From: an uncultured Planctomycetales bacterium
Lineage (GTDB): Bacteria; Omnitrophota; Gorgyraeia; Gygaellales; Profunditerraquicolaceae
Length of the DNA stretch: 64,000 bases
Direction: 5' to 3'
Assembly (NCBI GenBank): GCA_964467905.1
Contig: CAYXSY010000005.1
Span: 9,800-73,799, forward strand
The notes under the pieces were generated by a model that was not told the origin of the DNA, did no database searches, and saw only the letters and a program-made list of their open reading frames with translations. Position numbers and translations under genes: made by a program. Below are positions 8,004-17,948 of the stretch, piece after piece. Position 1 is the stretch's first letter; each line of letters opens with the position of its first letter.

Positions 8004-9245
8004 ATGAAAAACCTGAAAGATAAAATATCGCTTCTTCCTAATTCGCCGGGAGTCTACATCTTTAAGGATGCAGGGGGTGAGATTATTTATATAGGCAAGG
8101 CAAGATCGCTTAAGAAGAGGGTATCTTCATATTTTAGCCGCCCTTTAGACGCGAAGACACAGCAATTGGTTTCAAAAATAAACGATATTGAATATAAGAT
8201 TACTCCAAGTGAATCCCAGGCGCAGATTCTTGAAGCTTTTCTGATTAAGAACAACCAGCCTAAATATAACATCAGCCTTAAGGACGATAAATCTTTCCCT
8301 TGGGTTAGAATTAGCCGTGAAGATTTTCCTGTTGTCAGTATCGCGCGCAAAAAGAAGCGCGAAGAAGAAAACGCTGTTTATATCGGTCCTTACACCGACG
8401 CTAAGATGTTAAGGCGGGCGATAAAAATCATCCGGCGCATATTCGGGTACCGTTCCTGTAAGAATATGAGCAATAAAATCTGTCTTTACGGCAGGCTTAA
8501 ACTTTGTCCCGCGCCATGCCAGAATAAGATTAGCAAGGAAGAATACGAGAGCATAATAAATAATATCAGGATGTTCCTTGAATATAAATACTCCGCATTG
8601 ATATCAAAGCTTTCGATGAGGATGCGGGAGTTGTCCGGTTTGCATAGATTCGAGGAGGCAGCTAAGGTGCGAGACCAAATTAATGCATTAAGCGTGTTTT
8701 CTAATATAACCGATGAGAGTTGTGCGTTTTCCCAGGTTGAAGACCTTAAGGTTTTATTGCGATTAAAAGTTCTACCTAAGCGTATTGAATGTTTTGATAT
8801 CTCTAATATATCCGGGCAGGAGGCCGTAGGTTCGATGGTGAGTTTTTATAACGGCTCTGCGGATAAAAATAATTACCGCAGGTTCCGCATAAAGTCCGTC
8901 AGCTCTATAGATGATTATGGCATGATACGTGAAGTGGTCAGGCGCAGGTACCTGCGTCTTAAAAACGAAGCCAAGCCTATGCCGGATTTGATTCTTATTG
9001 ATGGAGGCAAGGCCCATCTTTTAGCAGCTTATAAAGAAATTAAAGAGCTTGGCTTAGGAAGCATACCTTTAGCCAGCATTGCTAAGGAGCACGAGCATAT
9101 TTATATTATTGCCAAGGCTAATCCCATTAAATTAAAAGAAGATACTCCAGCTTTGAATCTCATACGTCACATAAGAGATGAGGCGCACAGGTTTGCGGTA
9201 AGTTACCATCATTTATTAAGACGAAAAAAAATAATCGGTAGATAA
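8004..9245 (+). CDS. uvrC: excinuclease ABC subunit C (UvrC), compact form lacking the C-terminal (HhH)2 domain
   Basis: It has a GIY-YIG N-terminus (LPNSPGVYIFKDAGGEIIYIGKARSLKKRVSSYF) and a UVR-like helix (HRFEEAAKVRDQINAL). The RNase-H-like endonuclease domain ends in IRDEAHRFAVSYHH. At 413 aa it is well short of the usual ~600 aa. Confidence 0.8.
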   Translation: MKNLKDKISLLPNSPGVYIFKDAGGEIIYIGKARSLKKRVSSYFSRPLDAKTQQLVSKINDIEYKITPSESQAQILEAFLIKNNQPKYNISLKDDKSFPWVRISREDFPVVSIARKKKREEENAVYIGPYTDAKMLRRAIKIIRRIFGYRSCKNMSNKICLYGRLKLCPAPCQNKISKEEYESIINNIRMFLEYKYSALISKLSMRMRELSGLHRFEEAAKVRDQINALSVFSNITDESCAFSQVEDLKVLLRLKVLPKRIECFDISNISGQEAVGSMVSFYNGSADKNNYRRFRIKSVSSIDDYGMIREVVRRRYLRLKNEAKPMPDLILIDGGKAHLLAAYKEIKELGLGSIPLASIAKEHEHIYIIAKANPIKLKEDTPALNLIRHIRDEAHRFAVSYHHLLRRKKIIGR

Positions 9246-9338
9246 AATAAATCCTAAATCCGAGACTCAAAAAATTAGTTTGGGTTTATGGTTTTGAGTT
9301 TATTTAGGGTTTAGAGTTTAGTGTTTAGAGTTTATAAG
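9246..9338. repeat. intergenic imperfect inverted repeat built from AAAYYCY-type units; contains two copies of TTTAGAGTTTA
   Basis: aaatcctaaatccgagactcaaaa (9249-9272) pairs imperfectly with ttttgagtttatttagggttt (9292-9312). tttagagttta occurs at 9310-9320 and 9324-9334. It shares aatcctaaatccga with the element at 43845. Confidence 0.7.
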
Positions 9339-9608
9339 ATGACAGAATTCACCAAGAGAGTTTATCAAGCAGTCTTAAGCATACCGCTGGGTGAAGTGCG
9401 TACCTATAAGTGGGTGGCTAAAAAAGCCGGCAGCCCCCGGGCTCATCGGGCAGTGGGACAGATATTAAAGAATAACCCATACCCGCTGATTATTCCATGC
9501 CACCGCGTGGTTGAATCTTGTGGTAAGGCAGGCGGCTATAACCGCGGGAGAAATAAGAAAGAAACCCTTCTAAATCTGGAGAGACAAATCAAAGATTTAA
9601 TGCTATAA
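9339..9608 (+). CDS. methylated-DNA-protein-cysteine methyltransferase catalytic/DNA-binding domain protein (Ogt/MGMT C-terminal domain only)
   Basis: The active-site motif IPCHRVV is present, with a helix-turn-helix-like YKWVAKKAGSPRAHRAVGQILKNNP. The start is uncertain. The GTG at 9321 lies inside the repeat, so I prefer the ATG at 9339. Confidence 0.8.
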   Translation: MTEFTKRVYQAVLSIPLGEVRTYKWVAKKAGSPRAHRAVGQILKNNPYPLIIPCHRVVESCGKAGGYNRGRNKKETLLNLERQIKDLML

Positions 9609-9759
9609 TAAACGAATATCCGCAGGCTCTTTAAGCCTAAGCGGCCTCTTTAAATGAAATACTCAAGCGGTTCATGTTTCGCCCGCGCCATAAACGGCGC
9701 AGTCTTTGGCCGCTAAAGTATAAACTTAATATTAATAAACTAAACCGGAGGTAGCAAAA

Positions 9760-10839
9760 GTGTCGATAACTATTAAAACATTGCTGGAAACAATGGTTAA
9801 GCAGCAGGCCTCGGATTTATTTTATCGCGCAGGCGGTATCCCGCGTTTGAGAATAGACGGTAAGGTTCTTAATGCCGGGGATGAGGTCTTAAGCGTAGAT
9901 GATGTTTTAAAAGCGGTAGATGATTTAACTACGCCTAAGCAGAAAGAAGCATTCCGCAAAGAATTAGATATAGACTTTGGCCTGTATATGCAGGAGCTTG
10001 ACAGAAGATTCCGCGTAAGCATATTCATGCAGCGTAACTGGCCTTCCATTGTTATAAGAAATATCTCCAACACAATATTTAGTTTCGAAGAATTGAACCT
10101 TCCCGCAGATATTTTAAGTAAGCTATCGCAGGAAACAAGAGGCTTGGTCCTTTTGACGGGGACTATGGGTAGCGGTAAATCCACAACCCTGGCAAGCATG
10201 ATTGAGCATATCAACACTAATTGCAATAAGCATATACTTACTGCAGAAGAGCCGATAGAATTTACCTTTAAGGATAAAAATTCGGTTATAAACCAGCGCG
10301 AATTAAAGATCGATGTTTCTTCATATTCAGTAGCCCTGAAAGCTTTTACTTTACAAAGCCCTGATGTTATATTTATCGGAAATATCCGTGATTATGAGAC
10401 AATGTCTGCGGCCCTGACTGCCGCCGAAACAGGGGTTTTAGTGCTTAGCACTTTGCATACGGTTAACGCCCCACAGACGGTTGAAAGGATAGTTAATTTC
10501 TTCCCTCCGCACCAGCATCAGCAGATACGCATACAGCTTTCTTCCCTGCTCAAAGGCGTAATATCGCTTAGGTTAGCGCCTTTTAAGGATAAGCCGGGAA
10601 GGATTCCTGCATACGAAATCATGCTTCTTACTCCTACCGTCAGCCGTCTTATAAGAGAAGGCAGCACCTGGGAGCTACCGAAGTTTATTGAGGAGGGCGG
10701 GATATTCGGCATGAGTTCTTTTAATCAGTCCTTGGTAAAGCTGGTTAAAGAAGGTAAGATCAGCGAGGAAGTCGCAGGAAATCTTGCCGACAACAAAGAG
10801 GAATTTACATTGGCATTAAGAGGTTTTAAGAAAACGTAA
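9760..10839 (+). CDS. pilT: type IV pilus retraction ATPase PilT
   Basis: The N-terminus ASDLFYRAGGIPRLRIDGKV, the Walker A motif GTMGSGKSTTLASM, and the motif GVLVLSTLHT are present. It uses a GTG start with a GGAGG upstream. Confidence 0.85.
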   Translation: MSITIKTLLETMVKQQASDLFYRAGGIPRLRIDGKVLNAGDEVLSVDDVLKAVDDLTTPKQKEAFRKELDIDFGLYMQELDRRFRVSIFMQRNWPSIVIRNISNTIFSFEELNLPADILSKLSQETRGLVLLTGTMGSGKSTTLASMIEHINTNCNKHILTAEEPIEFTFKDKNSVINQRELKIDVSSYSVALKAFTLQSPDVIFIGNIRDYETMSAALTAAETGVLVLSTLHTVNAPQTVERIVNFFPPHQHQQIRIQLSSLLKGVISLRLAPFKDKPGRIPAYEIMLLTPTVSRLIREGSTWELPKFIEEGGIFGMSSFNQSLVKLVKEGKISEEVAGNLADNKEEFTLALRGFKKT

Positions 10840-10860
10840 TTGATTCTTTAAGGAGAGAAA

Positions 10861-11962
10861 ATGTTAGAGGAAATCAGCGCAAAACTTTCGTTAATAAATG
10901 AGCGCCTGGATCAGCTCAGAGGTTATCTTTGACATAGATGTCAGTAAGGCTAAGATAGAAGAATTATCTTCTATGATGTCTGATCCGCATTTCTGGGATG
11001 ATGCAACGAATTCGGCAAAGATTGTAAAAGAACTTAAAGTCTTAAAATCCACGGTAGAACCCTGGCAGAGCGCCTTCCAGAAATATAACGAATTAAAAGA
11101 ATTATCCAGTATATTAGAAAGTAGCGACCAGGAGCTATTGTCGGGCATAGATAAGGACTTAAGCTCTCTTGTCGACAGCCTGGGGCGCCTGGAATTCAGA
11201 ACGCTGCTTGGGGATGAACTTGATAAAAATAGCGCAATCTTAAGCATAAATTCCGGAGCAGGGGGTACCGAATCCTGCGACTGGGCGAGTATGCTTTTTA
11301 GGATGTACTCACGTTTTGCAGAGAATCATAATTATAGCTTCAAGGTTATTGATATACTTCCTGGAGAAGAGGCTGGCATAAAGAACGTTACGGCTTTAGT
11401 TGAGGGTGATTATGCTTACGGATATTTAAAGGCGGAGCGCGGAGTGCATAGACTGGTCCGCATATCGCCTTTTGATTCCAATAAACGCAGGCATACTTCT
11501 TTTGCTTCCGTTGATGTCACTCCGGAAGTTGAAGACGATATAGAGCTGAAATTAGAAGAAAAGGACTTGAAGATAGATGTGTACCGCTCTAAAGGCGCAG
11601 GCGGCCAGAGCGTTAATACTACAGATTCTGCGGTCAGGATAACGCATTTACCGACAGGCATTGTTGCCCAGTGTCAGAATGAACGCTCCCAGCATCAAAA
11701 TAAACAGACTGCACTTAAGATCCTGAAGTCAAGGATTTATGAATTAGAGAGGCGCAAGAAAGAAGATTTGCTTAAATCCAGCTCTGAAGATAAGAAGAAA
11801 ATAGAATGGGGCAGTCAGATACGCTCTTATGTAATGCATCCTTACAGTATGGTTAAGGATCATCGTACCGATTGCGAGACGGGCGATGTAAACAAGATAA
11901 TGGACGGCAATTTAGATGATTTTATCGAGGCCTATTTACGCAAAAGCGCCCAAGAAAAGTAG
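10861..11962 (+). CDS. prfB: peptide chain release factor 2 with programmed +1 frameshift: join(10861..10929,10931..11962)
   Basis: Frame-0 MLEEISAKLSLINERLDQLRGYL ends at an in-frame TGA (10930-10932) in the context AGA GGT TAT CTT TGA C. Skipping T10930 continues as DIDVSKAKIEEL in the long ORF. SPF (RISPFDS) and GGQ (GAGGQSVN) motifs are present. Confidence 0.9.
10918..10933 (+). promoter_or_regulatory. RF2 autoregulatory +1 frameshift site (SD-like AGAGG, slippery CTT, TGA C)
   Basis: The sequence agaggttatctttgac matches the canonical RF2 recoding cassette (SD-like element, then CUU UGA C). Confidence 0.85.
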
Positions 11963-11974
11963 AGGAAAGATAGA

Positions 11975-14908
11975 ATGTTCGGTTTTATAAAAGACAGCAT
12001 GCTTAAACAGAAGCAAAATGCCCTGAAGAATAAATATCCTTCAGTTAATATTGTTCTGCATTCAGATATCCCCAGCCCTTGCGTTAATAAGGTTGTGGAC
12101 GCCGCCCGTACAGTAGAGTTGGTTAATGCTTTCGAGCCGCAGATAAAGAAATTAAGCGATGAGCAGCTTAAAGGCAAGACTTTAGAATTTAAAGAGAAAA
12201 TAAACAGAGAGCATGAATTATTAAAAGATCAGATTGTTCAATTAGAGGATGCAATAGCGGCTTCGGCCTTGCCTCAGGAAAAGGAGAGGCTTAAGGAGCA
12301 GCTCAAGACACTGCGTAATAAGATATTTGAAGGAATACTGCCTGAGGCTTTTGCCGTTGTCAGAGAGGCATCTTTGCGCACAATAGGCCTGCGTCATTTT
12401 GACGTGCAGATAGTAGGTGGTATTGTTTTGCATGAAGGAAGAATAGCAGAAATGGCAACGGGTGAAGGTAAGACCTTGGTTGCTACTTTGCCGGCTTACT
12501 TGAATGCATTATTAGGCAAAGGAGTGCATATAGTTACCGTTAATGATTATCTTGCCCGTCGTGATAGGGAATGGATGGGGCCAATTTTTGAATTCTTAGG
12601 TTTGAGCGTCGGGACAATCCAGCATGAAATGTCTGATGAGCAGCGTAAAGCAGAGTATTCCTGTGATATTACCTACGGCACTAATAACGAGTTTGGCTTC
12701 GATTATCTAAGGGATAATATGAAGTACCGGCTGGATGATTTAGTGCAGAGGCCGTTTTATTATGCGATAGTCGATGAGGTAGATTCTATTCTTGTAGATG
12801 AGGCGCGCACCCCTTTAATTATTTCCGGTCCGGCCGAAGAATCCACCGATAAATACTATACGGTAGATAAGATTATCCCGCGTCTGAAAGGCAGAATTAT
12901 TTTAGAAAAAGACCAGATTGCCGCTAAATATAGAGGCGAAGATATCGGCAAGGGCTTTGATTATATAGTTGACGAAAAAGCCCATACCGCTCATCTTACC
13001 GAGGAAGGTGAAACTAAGGCTTGTTCCCTGCTTAATGTAGATAACCTGCATGATATTGAAACTATGGAATGGAGGCACCATATTATTCAGGCTTTGCGCG
13101 CACATAATTTGTATAAAAAAGACGTTGATTATGTTGTCAGGGACGGCGAAGTAATCATTGTTGATGAATTTACGGGGAGAATGATGCCGGGCAGGCGCTG
13201 GTCTGACGGCCTGCATCAGGCAGTAGAGGCCAAAGAAAATCTAAAGATAGAAAGAGAAAACCAGACCTTAGCCACCATTACCTTTCAAAATTACTTCCGT
13301 ATGTATGAAAAGCTTTCCGGCATGACCGGCACAGCTTATACGGAGGCAAATGAGTTTAAGAATATATATCAGCTAGATGTAGTCGTTATGCCTACCAATA
13401 AAGAACTTGCGCGTGTTAACTATTCAGATTGCGTATATAAGACTAAAGAAGAAAAATTTGATGCAGTTGTCAAAGAGATAGAAGAGCTTTATAAGGCTGG
13501 TCGTCCGGTATTAGTTGGCACTATTTCAATAGAAAAATCCGAGTATATCTCTGCTTTGCTTGCGCGCAAAGGCATAACGCACCAGGTATTAAATGCTAAA
13601 TACCATGAGATGGAAGCACAAATTGTTGCCCAGGCAGGCAGGTTTAAAGCGGTTACCATAGCGACCAATATGGCCGGAAGAGGTACGGATATACTCTTAG
13701 GCGGCAACCCCGACTTTATAGCTAAGAGTATAGCAAAGCAAAGTTTATCTGCCGATGATCCTGCTTATCATGATGAATATGTGAAAATATATAATAAATA
13801 TAAAACCCAGACAGACCAAGAACATAATAAGGTTGTGGAATTGGGCGGCCTGCACGTTATAGGTACCGAACGTCATGAGGCACGCAGAATTGATAATCAG
13901 CTGCGCGGTCGTTCGGGCAGGCAGGGTGATCCCGGATCCTCACGGTTTTATGTTTCGTTGGAAGATGACCTGATGCGGCTTTTTGGATCAGAGAAGATAA
14001 TAAGTATTATGGAGAAACTCGGGCTTGAGAAAGGGCAAGTCATAGAACATCCCTGGGTCAGCAAATCTATAGAAGTGGCGCAGAAGAGAGTTGAGGAGCA
14101 TAATTTTGAAATAAGAAAACAACTGCTTGAATATGATAATGTTATGAATAAGCAGAGAGAGGTTATTTATTCTCAACGCCTCCAGATACTAGAAGGGGTG
14201 TCTTTAGAAGACGAAATACTGTCTAATGCCCAGGAGATACTCGATGGTTTAGTTAATATTTATTTAACCGATAACCAACAGGCAGGGGAATATGACGCTG
14301 CTACTTTCTTAAATAGCATAAAATCCAAATTTAGCCTCGAGCTTAACATTGATGAGATAGAGGGCAAGGCCGACAAAGAGGCGCTAAGGGATTATATATA
14401 TGAAAGGGTAGCTTCTTTATATCATGAGAAAAAGGCTTCAATGGGGCAGGAGTTGTTTGCCCATCTTCAGAGGATTGTATTCTTGCAGATAATAGATACT
14501 AAATGGAAAGACCATCTTTACGCTATGGATAGCCTAAGAGAAGGGATAGGCTTGCGGGCCTATGGGCAGAGAGATCCTTTGGTTGAATATAAACATGAGG
14601 CATTTTCAATGTTCGCGGAAATGAGTTCTAATATTAAAGAGGAAACTACTGAAGCGATATTTAAGCTTGCTCCGGCTAAGGAACATCAGCCGTTTAGAGG
14701 AGTTTTTAGCCAGGTTCGTCAGAACTTATCGCATCCTGAAAGCGCTACTTTTGAAAATGATCAGCCTCGGACAAACGCCACAGCGTTGTCTTTAACCGAA
14801 AATAATACTGCCAAAAACACCCCCCATGTTTCTGGTGATAAAGTCGGAAGAAATGATCCCTGCCCCTGCGGTTCCGGAAAAAAATACAAAAAATGCTGCG
14901 GAAAGTAA
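11975..14908 (+). CDS. secA: preprotein translocase ATPase SecA
   Basis: A 977-aa protein with Walker [19 protein letters not shown]-like [19 protein letters not shown], and the C-terminal zinc motif [14 protein letters not shown]. Confidence 0.95.
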   Translation: MFGFIKDSMLKQKQNALKNKYPSVNIVLHSDIPSPCVNKVVDAARTVELVNAFEPQIKKLSDEQLKGKTLEFKEKINREHELLKDQIVQLEDAIAASALPQEKERLKEQLKTLRNKIFEGILPEAFAVVREASLRTIGLRHFDVQIVGGIVLHEGRIAEMATGEGKTLVATLPAYLNALLGKGVHIVTVNDYLARRDREWMGPIFEFLGLSVGTIQHEMSDEQRKAEYSCDITYGTNNEFGFDYLRDNMKYRLDDLVQRPFYYAIVDEVDSILVDEARTPLIISGPAEESTDKYYTVDKIIPRLKGRIILEKDQIAAKYRGEDIGKGFDYIVDEKAHTAHLTEEGETKACSLLNVDNLHDIETMEWRHHIIQALRAHNLYKKDVDYVVRDGEVIIVDEFTGRMMPGRRWSDGLHQAVEAKENLKIERENQTLATITFQNYFRMYEKLSGMTGTAYTEANEFKNIYQLDVVVMPTNKELARVNYSDCVYKTKEEKFDAVVKEIEELYKAGRPVLVGTISIEKSEYISALLARKGITHQVLNAKYHEMEAQIVAQAGRFKAVTIATNMAGRGTDILLGGNPDFIAKSIAKQSLSADDPAYHDEYVKIYNKYKTQTDQEHNKVVELGGLHVIGTERHEARRIDNQLRGRSGRQGDPGSSRFYVSLEDDLMRLFGSEKIISIMEKLGLEKGQVIEHPWVSKSIEVAQKRVEEHNFEIRKQLLEYDNVMNKQREVIYSQRLQILEGVSLEDEILSNAQEILDGLVNIYLTDNQQAGEYDAATFLNSIKSKFSLELNIDEIEGKADKEALRDYIYERVASLYHEKKASMGQELFAHLQRIVFLQIIDTKWKDHLYAMDSLREGIGLRAYGQRDPLVEYKHEAFSMFAEMSSNIKEETTEAIFKLAPAKEHQPFRGVFSQVRQNLSHPESATFENDQPRTNATALSLTENNTAKNTPHVSGDKVGRNDPCPCGSGKKYKKCCGK

Positions 14909-16431
14909 TTAACTCAAAGACTAAAAATTCAAGGATTAAGAATAACTCCTTAAGGGATGTAGCCCTGGTTATTTTATCCGCAGTGCTTTTAGCGTTGCCC
15001 TTTAATAACGGGAATCTTTGGGTTTTTGCCTGGTTTGGTTTTGTTCCGTTATTCTTTGTTTTAGAGAATAAGTCTTCTGCCCAGGCTTTTATGTTTTCAT
15101 TTTTATCAGGAGTTATTTTCTGGTTTTTTACTATATATTGGCTGGCTAATGTAACTATTATCGGGCTTATCGTATTTATCTTGTATTTAGGATTGTATTT
15201 CGGTCTTTTCGGTGTGTTGATTAGAAGGTTTTATTTCCCCTTACTTTTTGCCCCTTCTTTGTGGGTTGTCTTAGAATATATACGCAGTTTTTTGTTAACC
15301 GGGTTTCCTTGGGCGCTTTTAGGTTACTCACAGTATAAGAATCTTCCTGCAATACAGATTGCCGATATTACAGGTGTCTGGGGTGTTTCTTTTTTGGTAA
15401 TAATTGTTAATGTTTATATTTATAGATTAATAAGAAACAGGCCGAGACTTCAGCAGGCCGTTATTGTTCCAGTTATTGTTTTAGTATCGTTTGGCTATGG
15501 TTTCTATAAAATAAATTTAGCCCATAGCCATATTTCTTTATCGCAATTAAGGATTTCTGTAGTCCAGGCGAATATCCCACAGGAATTAAAGTGGGACCCT
15601 AAAGCAAAGCATTACATAATGGAAAACTATATTCGCCTGACAGAAACAGTATCAAAAGAAAGGCCGGATTTGATAATTTGGCCGGAAGCCGCCTCTCCGT
15701 GTTATCTGGGGGAAGAAAAGTGGTGTTTTAATGAAATATCAGATTTATCTTACCGCATCCATCGTCCTTTATTGCTTGGTACGGTTACGGTAGATAGAGG
15801 CTCTTATTATAATAGTGTTTTATTCATCAACGGTTTATCACAGGAATACCAGCTTTATCATAAGATACATCTTGTTCCTTTCGGCGAGTATGTACCGTTA
15901 AGGCATATCTTCACTTTCTTAGATACAGTAGTGCCTATCGGAGATTTTTCTGCCGGGAAGGAATACATAGTATTTAATATTCCTGATCCAGCTTCAAGGG
16001 CCAAGGATAAATTCTCTGTTTTAATTTGTTTTGAAGATGTTTTCCCCGGGTTGGCCAGGAATTTTGTAAAGAACGGCGCGCAGTTTTTAGTTAATATCAC
16101 TAATGATGCCTGGTTCGGCCGTACATCAAGCCCCTATCAACATCTTTCTGCTTCGGTTTTCAGGGCAGTAGAGAACAGGGTTTCTCTGGTGCGTTCAGCG
16201 AATACGGGGGTTTCGGCATTTATATCTCCCGAAGGCCGCATCGAAGCGATATTCAGCGATGATAAGGGTAGAAGTATTTTTGTAGAGGGGGCCCTTACCC
16301 GGGAGCTGAAAGTGTTTGCTGCAGGAAAGGCATTTTATACCAGATTCGGTGATATTTTTATTTTTCTATTGTTTATTTTCCTGATTTATAGTATATTTCG
16401 TTTGTTTTATATAGCGAAAGAGAGAAAATGA
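14893..16431 (+). CDS. lnt: apolipoprotein N-acyltransferase Lnt
   Basis: An N-terminal polytopic membrane region precedes a CN-hydrolase domain with the catalytic Cys context [13 protein letters not shown] and the motif WPE(A). The exact start is uncertain. Confidence 0.85.
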   Translation: MLRKVINSKTKNSRIKNNSLRDVALVILSAVLLALPFNNGNLWVFAWFGFVPLFFVLENKSSAQAFMFSFLSGVIFWFFTIYWLANVTIIGLIVFILYLGLYFGLFGVLIRRFYFPLLFAPSLWVVLEYIRSFLLTGFPWALLGYSQYKNLPAIQIADITGVWGVSFLVIIVNVYIYRLIRNRPRLQQAVIVPVIVLVSFGYGFYKINLAHSHISLSQLRISVVQANIPQELKWDPKAKHYIMENYIRLTETVSKERPDLIIWPEAASPCYLGEEKWCFNEISDLSYRIHRPLLLGTVTVDRGSYYNSVLFINGLSQEYQLYHKIHLVPFGEYVPLRHIFTFLDTVVPIGDFSAGKEYIVFNIPDPASRAKDKFSVLICFEDVFPGLARNFVKNGAQFLVNITNDAWFGRTSSPYQHLSASVFRAVENRVSLVRSANTGVSAFISPEGRIEAIFSDDKGRSIFVEGALTRELKVFAAGKAFYTRFGDIFIFLLFIFLIYSIFRLFYIAKERK

Positions 16432-16916
16432 AAAAAACATTTATATTATTCCTTATTCTTGCTTTAGTTTTTATTCCGCTGACTATATCCTGGGTTAATA
16501 AGGAGAACTTTATCATCCCGGTATGCTATAGCTATGATATTATAATACGTAATGACAGCCGTGGAGATGGCTTTTTTGCTGCCAAGCGCAGCGGCAACAG
16601 AGTGCATAATGGTATCGATTTATTAGCTGATATAGGTACACCTGTTTTGGCGGCGCGTTCAGGCCTGGTTGTCGAAGCTACTTCCAGTAAGGGTATGGGA
16701 AATTATGTTATCCTGAAACACTATGATGGTCTTACTACTATATACGGGCATCTTTCCAGTATTGATACTAGAAAAGGGATGTTGGTAAGGCAGGGCGAGA
16801 TTATTGGCAAAGTAGGCAAGACAGGAAATGCTAACCACCCGGATATGCTGCCGCATCTGCATTTTGAGATTCGCAAAAACAATATCCCGCAGGATCCTTC
16901 CGGATACTTAAGTTAA
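16428..16916 (+). CDS. M23 family metallopeptidase
   Basis: An N-terminal signal or anchor is present. The motifs HNGIDL and HLHFEI match the HxxxD and HxH zinc ligands of M23. The start overlaps the lnt stop by 4 nt. Confidence 0.85.
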   Translation: MKKTFILFLILALVFIPLTISWVNKENFIIPVCYSYDIIIRNDSRGDGFFAAKRSGNRVHNGIDLLADIGTPVLAARSGLVVEATSSKGMGNYVILKHYDGLTTIYGHLSSIDTRKGMLVRQGEIIGKVGKTGNANHPDMLPHLHFEIRKNNIPQDPSGYLS

Positions 16917-16928
16917 TAAATATAAATC

Positions 16929-17804
16929 TTATATTTCGCGCGGTTCGATGTGCACAATCACATCAGTGACTCCGGGAATGCCTTTTTTGATGTTGTCTTC
17001 GATGTCGTATGATATCTGGTGGGCTTTGTCTATGTGCATGTTAGGGTCTACCTGCACATGCAGGTCGATATGTATATCATCACTCCTGCCGCGTGTGCGG
17101 ATCTTATGGCAGGTTTTTACTCCTTTTGTGGAAAGCACGATATCCACTATTTTTTTTGTCTCTACAGGGGCTGCTGAGTCACATAACACTTTGGAGCTTT
17201 CAGCAATAATCTGATATCCGCTGTAGCCTATTAACAGCGCGATAATCATTGTAGCTATCGGGTCAAATACAGGGTAACCTAATTTTATTACAACTAGCCC
17301 TATAATAACTGACAGCGATACAAATATATCAGACTTTGTATGCATTGAGTCGGATATTAATATGTCGCTTTTTAAAGCTTCGCCGCGCCTACGTTCATAT
17401 AACAGGACGAATAAATTTATAATCAGGGTTACTATCATTACTGCGAAACTCTTGATATTTACTTCGGGGGTCACCGGAATAAATATTCTCCCGAGGCCTT
17501 CTTTAAATAAGTTAAAGGCCACGATGAATAATATGGCAGCTATAATAAGCGAGAAGAGGGTTTCGTATTTTTTGTGTCCGTAAGGATGATTGAGGTCTTC
17601 GGGGCGGTAGGCTAAACGTATGCCTATCAGCCCTATGATGTTTGATGCCCCATCTGATAAGGAATGAAAGCCGTCTGCAGTTATGCTTGCACAATTAGTG
17701 ATTATACCGAATACGATTTTTGCCAAGGCCACCAGCCAATTCAATATCAGTACAATAATTAGCACGAAAGTTATTTTTTTATAGCGGATACGCGTATCGT
17801 CCAT
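16929..17804 (-). CDS. cation diffusion facilitator (CDF) family divalent-metal efflux transporter
   Basis: It has six predicted TM segments and the motifs ITADGFHSLSDGASN and DSMHTKSD. The C-terminal cytoplasmic domain reads VHDLHVQ-like (IHIDLHVQVD). Confidence 0.85.
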   Translation of the reverse strand: MDDTRIRYKKITFVLIIVLILNWLVALAKIVFGIITNCASITADGFHSLSDGASNIIGLIGIRLAYRPEDLNHPYGHKKYETLFSLIIAAILFIVAFNLFKEGLGRIFIPVTPEVNIKSFAVMIVTLIINLFVLLYERRRGEALKSDILISDSMHTKSDIFVSLSVIIGLVVIKLGYPVFDPIATMIIALLIGYSGYQIIAESSKVLCDSAAPVETKKIVDIVLSTKGVKTCHKIRTRGRSDDIHIDLHVQVDPNMHIDKAHQISYDIEDNIKKGIPGVTDVIVHIEPREI

Positions 17805-17948
17805 AGCCTTTATTATATCTTAACTGTAGAGACAAGCAATATTTTTTAAGGTGTTCTCCAGGCTTTAGTTGCGTGAATATGAGGAGTTGATTTAGAGTTT
17901 AGCGTATGTTAAAATTATTTTCATACGAGGTTGACAATAAATATAGCC

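Noticed and set aside
10898-10930. The ATG at 10898 as the prfB start, as implied by the ORF track
   Set aside because: The upstream frame-0 ORF together with the CTT TGA C recoding site gives a full-length RF2 N-terminus. Starting at 10898 would translate out-of-frame residues (MSAWISSEVIF) that are not RF2-like.
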